Shown in pieces: positions 9,585 through 17,953 of a stretch of 17,953 nucleotides of DNA. Positions within the stretch are counted from its first letter, which is position 1. Each line of letters begins with the position of its first letter. Origin of the DNA: Octopus sinensis (taxonomy: Eukaryota); assembly GCF_006345805.1 (NCBI RefSeq), contig NW_021824726.1, positions 1 through 17,953 on the forward strand. Direction: 5' to 3'. The position numbers were made by a program, and so were the translations under genes. The notes beneath the pieces were generated by a model. It did no database searches and was not told where the DNA came from. It saw only the letters and a program-made list of their open reading frames with translations.

Positions 9585-9773
9585 ACTTTTACCTTTCTCC
9601 TTTTTCTGACGAAGAGCCATGCTCGAAACGTTAAAATCTCTCTCCTGTCACCGAGCGTCAAACTGAGATAATACTTGTGCACGTCCTTACGTTCATTTTG
9701 TTTCTTTGTTTCTCTTTTTGTTTTTCTCTCCGTGTTTCATCTGTCTTTTGTATTGTTATTTTCACTCAGTTGA

Positions 9774-9775
<2 letters not shown>
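9585..9775 (+). mobile_element. Short hammerhead-bearing dispersed element (family H1)
   Basis: Polypyrimidine, HHR, ccgagcgtca, pyrimidine-rich tail; (TA)n on both sides. Confidence 0.6.
9602..9636 (+). ncRNA. Minimal type I hammerhead ribozyme motif
   Basis: TTTT-CTGACGA-A-GAGC cat GCTC-GAAA-CG-TT-AAAA. Canonical CUGANGA and GAAA boxes, helix II 4 bp, palindromic ACGU helix III, GUU triplet, weak U4/A4 helix I. Confidence 0.75.
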
Positions 9776-9812
<37 letters not shown>

Positions 9813-10162
9813 CACACATTGAGACATATTAATATATATACACAAACACATATTGATTATCACATCATTTACATGTAACATGTGTGTGTATCATTTGATT
9901 AAAAGCACCATTAGCTACTATTAGGCTCATACTTAACTTATAGAATTGAGACGAGTCTGTATAGCGTGCCAATCACTATACTATATACATACATATATAT
10001 ATATATATATATAATTTATGTGAAATAGAAAGATGAATAATCTTGTTGTAGATTAATCAAAAGTTAACCGATACCTTAGTAGCAAAAATCACAGCAGTAA
10101 ACAGCACGGTTGGAGGTACAACCTCTGGCGTTGCAACCGTGCGTTGGTGCGGATAATGAAAT

Positions 10163-11039
10163 TAAAACATTATTGGTGAATTGAAGAAATGGAGCTGACG
10201 CAGATTGAACAGAAATCGTTTATTTTCATTCTACACGTGTTTCGAAAGGCACAAATTACCAAAATCCGGTTGAATAATGGACCATATTGTGTCTTTCTCT
10301 TCAGGAAGAAAAAGGAAATCCGTTAGAGAAACAAAAACAGAACAGAGGCGGAGCAAAAACCAAAAATCGAACTATGCTCCTAAAGCCCATGGCGAAATGT
10401 TTATCAGTGTATGCTGAGAACCGGTGGCTGAAGAATTCTACAGTCAGGCATCGGTCAATCATGGTGGTGAGGGTGTAGTGATAGATGTTCTTAGTGACCG
10501 AGAATAAGTTCTGACTATTTAAGGAATATTGGATGTTTTATAAGGGGCGAGAAAAAATCTACTTAGAGACGTGTGTGTGTTGTATACTGTTCTATATATG
10601 TGTGGTGTTGGCGTAGGGGTAGAAAACACTTTTTGTGTACGTGTGTGCGTTTGATCGTTCGGCTGTCAGTGGCTACTGCCGTGATAACCGTGGGTGGCAG
10701 AAAGAAAAAAATATATATATATTATGTTTTATGTGTGTGTGTGTGTTCATCTGAGCCTGCCTTGTCAAGGAAACCCCCCGCTGTGAAAAACCCAAGCCCC
10801 GTTTGTCTAACAGGAGTAATTCCCCTTGCAGTGGATAATCGTAGATATCTTAAAGGCTATTTCAGAATTTGTTACCAAGGGCTATGGGTGCCGGTATTAT
10901 TTATAAACGCTATTTAAAAGCCAGATAAGTGTAAACGCCAGCCAATGGGGGCATCGAAAAGCCACGTGTAGAATGAAATAAAACGATTTCTGTTCAATCT
11001 GCGTTCAGCTCCATCTCTCAATTCACCAATAATGTTTTA
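10163..11039 (-). mobile_element. Non-coding element with ~77-bp inverted ends and an internal hammerhead (putative non-autonomous Penelope-type derivative)
   Basis: 10163-10239 is the reverse complement of 10963-11039 with a few small differences; the repeat begins at hammerhead helix III; no recognisable ORF inside. Confidence 0.65.
10223..10313 (-). ncRNA. Type I hammerhead ribozyme with canonical core
   Basis: Minus strand: TTTTCTTC-CTGAAGA-GAAAGACACAA(33-nt loop)TTGTGCCTTTC-GAAA-C ACGT G-TA-GAA(T)GAAAA. Helix I 8 bp with one bulge, helix II 10/11 pairs with G10.1-C11.1, helix III 2 bp with palindromic ACGU loop, GUA triplet. Predicted cut between 10232 and 10231. Confidence 0.88.
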
Positions 11040-11043
11040 TATA

Positions 11044-11081
<38 letters not shown>

Positions 11082-11946
11082 TATATATATCTTCTATAAT
11101 AAATTAAAAGTCAGTTTGAATCTTGTTTGCGTGCTTGCTTGCAATGTTACTCAACCAAACTAGCGCATACTTGGGAAAATACTACGAATTAAGTTTACCC
11201 TGAAATGTTAATACGAACGGAATGAAACAAGATTTGTGTAAATAGGTAAAGTGGTTTTCTAGATACTAGAGATTTTCGGGTTATAAATACCCAAGACGGT
11301 GCATAATGGGAAAATGTTCATAAAATAATCGTCATCCTAAAAGGGAAGAAACTCTTATCTTTCTATTAGATAAATGTTTCTATTTTCGCTTTTTTTTAAA
11401 TACAGTATTGTAATAATTTAGAAATATTTTAAAGTGAATGTGATTTCAAAAATGTAGGTTGTTTGTACAGTAAGTAATTATATTTTAGCTGTCTTTAAAC
11501 AGACAATATTTTAATGGTTTTTAAAAATGTTTTCATGTGAATACCGTCATAAGAAATTTTTTTGGTATATTTAAAAAATATTCTGAAGTGAAAATGACTT
11601 TAAAAATCCTATAAAAATTTCGTAAAGACCTGTTCAAAATCTCAGTTTGAAATATTTTTTCCATAGTTTTTATTCTTCTTTGGAGTGCATTCAACGTATT
11701 TAACGGCTATTTCTAGTTCGCCTTGGCACCATACAACAGTTATTTGCGTTAAAGGACCCGAAATACCTGTTACATAGCACCAAATCTTTCCTTTCAGGGG
11801 AAAGGAGCCGTTTACACGTGATTTCAATATCACATTCATTCAATGTATGCGAAATAACCTGGAAAAGAAAAAAAAACACGAAACAAAACTCTGTTGATGG
11901 GAAACTCAGAGTTTCCCGATAACCCAAAGGACCACGGGTAGTCTTG

Positions 11947-11973
<27 letters not shown>

Positions 11974-11997
<24 letters not shown>

Positions 11998-12076
11998 ACA
12001 TACATACAAACATATATTCATCTGTGTTTGCGTGTACATATATTGTATCTCTTGCAATACGAATACAAAGACGATA

Positions 12077-12145
<69 letters not shown>

Positions 12146-12243
12146 TCTTTGTATTCGTATTGCAAGAGATACAATATATGTACACGCAAACACAGATGAA
12201 TATATGTTTGTATGTATGTACACACACACACACACACACACAC
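11974..12243. repeat. Perfect inverted repeat (100-bp arms) around a 70-nt (TA)n spacer
   Basis: 11974-12073 is the exact reverse complement of 12144-12243, including (GT)12/(AC)12. Confidence 0.97.
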
Positions 12244-12244
12244 T

Positions 12245-12275
<31 letters not shown>

Positions 12276-12368
12276 ATATATATATATATATATATACTAT
12301 ATATATATATATATAGATAGATGACAAAGTTGGTTTGTGAAAGCACGTGGTTGAATATTAGAAAATAG

Positions 12369-12516
12369 TAAAAAGTGAAAAAACTACAGAAGGCTTGTTT
12401 TAAAAGGTTAAAAAATATATATTTGAGTCAATATGTCTGAAGAATGTTATCAATTTTTTTCTTACAATGACATAGTTTAGAAGAAATGACCGGTTTCGCG
12501 TTCAGCTTTTCAAATT
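12369..12516 (-). repeat. Inverted 5' copy of the Penelope pseudo-LTR
   Basis: Reverse complement of 14479-14626 with only two homopolymer-length differences; joins directly to the truncated ORF at …att gta ata atg. Confidence 0.95.
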
Positions 12517-14392
12517 GTAATAATGGATACATCATACTATAGAAATCTTATAATTTCCTTGCTTGATGACAACCAACATTATGAAAAAATCACCAACTAC
12601 ACCCCACAAAAAATAATGAAAAATCTATCTTCACTAATTGAAACCCATGAAAAGGAACTAACAACCAAAGAGATTGACTTTCTAACAAACTTTAAATGCA
12701 AACCTAGCCTCTTCTATGGTCTGCCAAAAATTCATAAAAGCCAAATTATAAATGAAACCATTAAAAAATCACCAAAGACATACATACACCACACTAACCC
12801 GGGGGACCTAAAACTACGACCCATTGTAGCTGGCCCAACCTGTGAAACACACAGACTAAGTCTATTTATGGACATCCTCCTGAACCCTTCCTTAAACATA
12901 TCGATAGCCATATCAGAGATGACTTAGATATGTTAAACCACCTTCCAAAAAAGCCAAGGAAGAAACAATCATGGTTCATTTGATGTAGTTACTTATATAC
13001 CAGTATACCTCATAATTATGGACTAGAGACAATACAGTTCTCGCTAGACCCAATTTCCGGAAGAAATACCAAAAAGGATCAGTAAAGAATTCATTACTAA
13101 ATCAATTGAATTCATCCTACACAATAACCACTTCATGTTTGACAATACATTTTACCGTCAAAAATCCGGAATTGCTATGGGTACAAGGCAGCACCACCAT
13201 TCATTGCGAACCTCTAACAATGGGCTACCTGGAAATAATCATTTACCAGGAATCTTTATCAATCTTTGGAAACCCCTCTCTCATACATAAAAGAGATTGG
13301 AAACGATTCCTGGACGATTGCTTTATACTCTGGAATGAAAACACAGATAAACTCCTAAAATTTAAAAACCTATTGAACAGCATAAACCCAAATATACAGT
13401 TCACAATGGAATACAACCAAAAGGAGCTCCCATTCTTGGATATACTAATTAAAAAAATTAACCTTAAAATAGAAACAGACATTTTTTACAAAGCCACATA
13501 CGCCAAACAATACCTTCTTTTTAATTCATGCCACCCAAGACACACTAAAACAAACATCCCCTTCAACATTGCAAGAAGGATATGCACAATAGTGTCAGAA
13601 CAAAATACCAGGAACTTTAGACTGCAAGAACTCAAAAACACACCTAATTGACAGACATAGAGGATGGGATCAGACGTGCAACAGAAATCAACATAGAAAC
13701 TTTAAGAAAGTTCAACACAACAACACACCTTCCCCGAAAATACTACCTTACATATCCACATACAACCCCAGAAACAAAGAAGCCTTCACCATCATCACCC
13801 AGAATTTACCAATACTTCATAAGGACCCCAAATTAAGGAAATTCTAAACATACCACAATCATTAAAAGCTACAAACAACCTAAATCACTTAAAAAGATTC
13901 TCACAAAGGCAAAAATGTTTTCTGAACTTACGGATGCAAAAGTAAAAAAATGTGGTAGACCGAATTGTGCAACATGTCCAAACCTGCAAGAAGGATCAGA
14001 ATTCCTCTTTAAAGAGGGACAGAAATTCAAGATCAAATCTAATTTTACTTGTGCCTCTGAAAACATAATTTATGTCATAAAATGCTCGGGCTGCCACCAA
14101 GACTACGTGGGATCCACGGGACTATCACTCAGACGTAGATGCACACTGCATCGACAACAGATTGCATTCCCAGAATACAGAATGATACCCTTTAGTGAGC
14201 ACATTGAGAAATGCGCAATGCAACTACTACCACAATTTTTATCTTTCCATTTTACCAATGTGCTATCGGAACACCAACACAATTAGACTAAACAGGAAAA
14301 CATTCTTCATTGAAAAGTACAAGCCCAGACTTAACCATTCCAACATACTTATACAGAGAAATTCACTCCAAAGGAAAGACAAACAATTTTAA
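12517..14392 (+). pseudogene. Frameshifted Penelope-like reverse transcriptase / GIY-YIG endonuclease ORF
   Basis: Starts at internal VIMD. Motifs: FYGLPKIHK, LRPIV, SFDVVxLYTSIPH, YRQKSGIAMGT, WKRFLDDCFILW (FLDD 13307-13318), LPFLD, SCHP, Cys-rich linker CGRPNCATC, and IIYVIKCSGC…YVGST; ends KYKPRLN…* (TAA 14390-14392). Multiple 1-nt frameshifts and a probable short deletion near 13655. Confidence 0.93.
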
Positions 14393-14474
14393 GCGATTAT
14401 CTCCCTTACACCGGAAGAAATCACTTATTACCTCCCCTTATTTGGAACTCTTCTCAACATAAACATAACGATGT

Positions 14475-14514
14475 AAGAAATTTGAAAAGCTGAACGCGAA
14501 ACCGGTCATTTCTT
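14475..14514 (+). ncRNA. Minimal type I hammerhead ribozyme with U3:A8 core variant in the Penelope pseudo-LTR
   Basis: AAGAAAT-TTGAAAA-GC tgaac GC-GAAA-CCGG-TC-ATTTCTT. Perfect 7-bp helix I, 2-bp helix II with G10.1-C11.1, palindromic ACCGGU helix III, GUC triplet (cut after 14507). Confidence 0.75.
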
Positions 14515-14626
14515 CTAAACTATGTCATTGTAAGAAAAAAATTGATAACATTCTTCAGACATATTGACTCAAATATATATTTTTAACCTTTTAAAACAAG
14601 CCTTCTGTAGTTTTTTTCACTTTTTA
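14479..14626 (+). repeat. 3' pseudo-LTR of the Penelope-like element
   Basis: Partner of 12369-12516. Confidence 0.95.
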
Positions 14627-14704
14627 TATTTCTCTCTCTCTCTCTCCCTCTCTCTCTCTCTCTCTTATATATATATATATATTATATATATATATATATA
14701 TATA

Positions 14705-15050
14705 GGCGCAGACGTGGCTGTGTGGTAAGTAGCTTGCTTACCAACCACATGGTTCCTTAGGCAAGTGTTTTCAACTATAGCCTTGGGTCGACCAAAGCCT
14801 TGTGAGTAGATTTGGTAGACGGAAACTGAAAGAAGCCTGTCGTATATATGTATATATGTATGCGTGTGTGTGTTTGTGTGTCTGTGTTTGTCCCCCCAAG
14901 ATCGCTTGACAACCGATGCTGGTGTATTTACGTCCCCATAACATTAGCAGTTCGGCAAAAGAGACCAGTAGAATAAGTACTAGGCTTACAAAGAATAAGT
15001 CCTGGGGTCGATTTGCTCGACTAAATGCGTTGGTCCATGTAAAAGAGAGA
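14705..15050 (+). mobile_element. SINE family A with the B-box region and part of the tail deleted
   Basis: ggcgcagacgtggctgtgtggtaag head; ggttcc|ttaggcaagt junction lacks the gggttcagtcccactgcgtggcacc segment seen in other copies; body to gctcgactaaa. Confidence 0.9.
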
Positions 15051-15230
15051 GTATGCACAGACACACATATATTTATACACATATGTACATATACATACAT
15101 GTATGTAAATGTGTGTATTATGCATTGTTTGCATACATACATATATATATATATGCATGCATGTGTGTGCGTGTGTGTATGTATGCGCGAGTGTGCTTTT
15201 GTTTGTGCGTGTATGTATATCTGTGTGTAT
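15050..15230. repeat. Mixed (CATA)n/(TG)n low-complexity tract
   Basis: Directly visible. Confidence 0.85.
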
Positions 15231-15391
15231 AAATATTTAAATGAATTATACATGAAGAATTAGGTTAGTGTGTATAACCTTATCGTAATGACTGTTTGAC
15301 GTGCCAAAACCGAAACCTGTATCCATCTGTCTCAGAGAATCCACGGGACCAAAGTGAGATTGATGTTATCAGTTTCATGTCGTGATAATTA

Positions 15392-16130
15392 CTGGTGGTG
15401 GTGGTTTTAGTGACGATGATGGTGGTGATGATGACGATGGGGGCGATGATGGTGGTGATGGTGGTGGTTTTGTTATTGTTGTTGGTGATGATAGTGGTGG
15501 TGTTGATGGTTGAGGTAGTTATAATGATGATGATGGTGTCGCTAGTGGTGGTGGTGGTGGTGGTAATGTAGGCGATGGCAATGGTGGTAGTGATCGTCGT
15601 GATTGTTGGAGTGATGGTGGTATTGGTGGTGGTGGCGGTGGTGGTGATTGTAGCGGTGGTAGTGATGCTGATGGTAGTGCCGGTAGTGGTTGTGGTGGCT
15701 TGGTTGATTATAGTGGTTGGGTTGGTTCTGGTGGTGGTGGTGGTGATAGTGGTAGTGGTGGTGGTGGTTGTTTTGGTGGTTGTGATGGTAGTGGAGGTGG
15801 TTGTGGTGGTAGTGGTATGGTGGTGGTTGTGGTGGTGGTGGTTGTGGTGGTAGTGGTGGTGATTGTGGTGGTGGTAGTGGTAGTGGTAGTGGTGGTGGTT
15901 GTGGTTGTGGTGGTGAAGGTAACGGTAATGATAGCGGTGCTGGTGGTCGTGGTCGGAGCAGTGGTAAAATTGGTCACGTGGATCAGTGCTGCTTGTTTGC
16001 GGAGGAGTGGTGACGCTAGCTTTTATAGCTGGGGGCGCGACGGCGGTAATGATGGCTGATGTCACGAGGGATCACATTAGTGTATAGTCTGTAGCAGAGG
16101 TGGTGGTGGTGTTGGTGGAGTGGTGCTTGT
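15392..16130. repeat. Degenerate (GGT/GAT)n trinucleotide field
   Basis: Directly visible; source of the poly-Val/poly-Thr ORFs. Confidence 0.9.
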
Positions 16131-16330
16131 GTTCAGCTGTAAAGGTGATGGTAGAGGTTGTGATGTTCATCACGTGAAAGGTGAAAAATGACTGACGCAC
16201 TTTCCAAGGAAACTTTAAAAATAAATTTACGCTGCAAAATCAAATATTCCGTGAGAGTCGGTTCTGCCTGATCGGACATCGATCCTCGTTTATCAGTTTC
16301 AAGAAAATACCGCGTTAAGTAAATCGTTTA

Positions 16331-16869
16331 TCTTTTATATTTTAACTGTCAGTCGTTAGATTGCGGCCATGCTGGGGCACCACCTTGAAGAACTTTAAAC
16401 GAACGAATCGACCACGGGACTTATTGTTTAAGCCTGGTACTTATGCTGTCGCTTTCCTATGTAGAACCACTAGATTACAGGGACGTAAACACATTGACAC
16501 CGGTTATGAAGGCTGTGGCGGGGGAAAACACAAACCCCAAAACTGACACACACACACACCTTCTGCCCAACTGCGTATATATAACGCAGGTATAATTCAA
16601 ATACTTTTACTTCCGACACATGTTTCGAAGATATCACTGATATTATTCTAAACGAATAAGTACAAGGGAAAAACACACTCATCTATTTATGTATATATAC
16701 ATGTCTGTGTATGTGTGTGACGGGCTTCTTTCAGTTTCCATGTACCAAATTCTCTCACACGGTATTGGTCGGCTCGAGGCTATAGTAGAAGACATTTGCC
16801 CAAGGTTCCCTGCTGTGGGACTGAACCCAGAACCACGTGGTTAGGAAACAAACTTTTTACCAAACAGCC
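16331..16869 (-). mobile_element. SINE family A, old diverged copy with ~120 bp of extra sequence in the microsatellite region
   Basis: Tail gcggccatgctggggcaccacc (16363-16384), body to ~16545, head 16718-16869. Confidence 0.8.
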
Positions 16870-17190
16870 TGTCAATAATAACTGAATAATTGAACACATT
16901 CGAAAAATAGATTTCGTTTCGAAGCCCACTAACTTATTGAAAAAAACACATCCAAAAGCGGATTTTGCACATATAAACCGTATTACCGGCATACAAGTCA
17001 AAGTAGGACATAGTTTTAAAAATGTAGTGTAAACATTTAAACATCGTCGCTATCTTTGCAAACCTGTTCCATTTTATAAGGACTTTTGGGGCTTTCAAAT
17101 TCAACCTCGTTTGTTAGTCGACTTAAGTTTTTGGCTGCAGATTTTTTGAAAATTACTATTTTTAAATCTCACAACGTGAGATATTCAGCA

Positions 17191-17450
17191 ACAGTACTTT
17201 GGAGGAAAGAACGTTTGCCAACTCAACATGGTAGTCCTGGTTTAGAACTAATGTTGATATAATTTATACCCGGGAGACATCGTCTCCAGCGGGCTATACG
17301 ACCTGATCTGTGTACTTATATGTTCGAAAATATAAGGACACAGATCGTGTCGTATAGCCAGCTGGAGACGATGTCTCCTGGGGTTAAATCACAGCAACAT
17401 TAATCCTAGACCAGGACTGCCATGTTATATTGGCAAACAATCTTTACTGT
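17191..17450. mobile_element. Palindromic MITE-like / fold-back element
   Basis: Imperfect ~110-bp arms 17213-17321 and 17330-17438 around gttcgaaa; patchy pairing extends outward; no target-site duplication identified. Confidence 0.65.
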
Positions 17451-17547
17451 AAATTTTTATGCTAAAAATTAAAGTTGTATATTGAAAAATATGGCAAATT
17501 TTGTTAGTTTCGGCACAGAGCCAGAAATTTTATAGAGTGGAAGCAAG

Positions 17548-17643
17548 CAGATTATATTGACCGCAGGGTTCAACTGGTACATTTTTTATCGACCCCGAAA
17601 GATAAAGGGCAAATCGACAGCCGAGGAATTTCAACTCAGAGCC
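17548..17643 (-). mobile_element. SINE family B, degraded fragment
   Basis: actggtac…tttatcgaccccgaaag…ggcaaa.tcgac..cg.ggaattt.aactcaga resembles 4280-4350. Confidence 0.7.
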
Positions 17644-17654
17644 TAGGGGTTAAG

Positions 17655-17699
17655 ATATAGATAGATACATAAATTGATAAAGATAGGTAGGTAAACATT

Positions 17700-17734
<35 letters not shown>

Positions 17735-17945
17735 ATATATATATGTATATATATATAAATGTATACTTATTATATATAGAGATAGATAGATAGATAGATT
17801 CATAAACAGATAAATAGATAGATTTAGATAGATATAGATAGAAGGCATGTATAGAACAAGAGATACTTTAAAACACACACACACAAACATAGAGGCACAT
17901 AGTCACACACCACACACACATATGCATATATACATACATATATAT
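17655..17945. repeat. (GATA)n/(TA)n/(CA)n microsatellite cluster
   Basis: Directly visible. Confidence 0.9.
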
Positions 17946-17953
17946 TCAGACGT

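Larger units (their letters stand above)
12322..14632 (+). mobile_element. Penelope-like retroelement (probably Neptune-type), 5'-truncated, with inverted pseudo-LTRs
   Basis: RT and GIY-YIG coding remnants, 148-bp inverted repeats at 12369-12516 and 14479-14626, hammerhead in the repeat, microsatellites at both flanks. Confidence 0.93.

Noticed and set aside
11388-11476. Candidate micro-exon between ttttttttaaatacag and gtaagt
   Set aside because: Stop codons in all three frames; such signals are common in AT-rich DNA.
12437-12488. CTGAAGA followed by a 7-bp stem on the plus strand of the left pseudo-LTR, as a second hammerhead
   Set aside because: GAAA is 9 nt away from the stem instead of adjacent, and there is no helix I/III; the real motif is on the other strand.
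16608-16660. Minus-strand ttc-GAAA-CATGT-GTC with an upstream stem, resembling half a hammerhead
   Set aside because: No CUGANGA-like box in register.

Overview
Repeat-dominated, AT-rich animal genomic DNA with no intact host protein-coding exon that I can support. The SINE families and the (TA)n/(CA)n/(ACC)n load look like an octopus/coleoid cephalopod genome (inference from recalled repeat families, not a search). Main contents: (1) a 5'-truncated, frameshifted Penelope-like retroelement (RT + Cys-rich linker + GIY-YIG, ~12322-14632) bracketed by near-identical 148-bp inverted pseudo-LTRs; (2) the 3' end of a CR1/L2-group LINE with an internal tandem duplication; (3) about a dozen copies or fragments of three tRNA-derived SINE families; (4) a palindromic MITE-like element; (5) large microsatellite fields that produce almost all of the listed ORFs. 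Beyond that annotation, the window holds several hammerhead ribozyme motifs from at least three or four sequence families, including a textbook type I hammerhead in a non-coding element with inverted ends and a Penelope hammerhead with a U3:A8 compensatory core. It also has a 26-codon CCT5 fragment trapped between two SINEs and two fold-back inverted duplications centred on (TA)n tracts. Many near-identical repeat copies differ only by 1-nt homopolymer indels, so some frameshifts and duplications may be long-read assembly errors.
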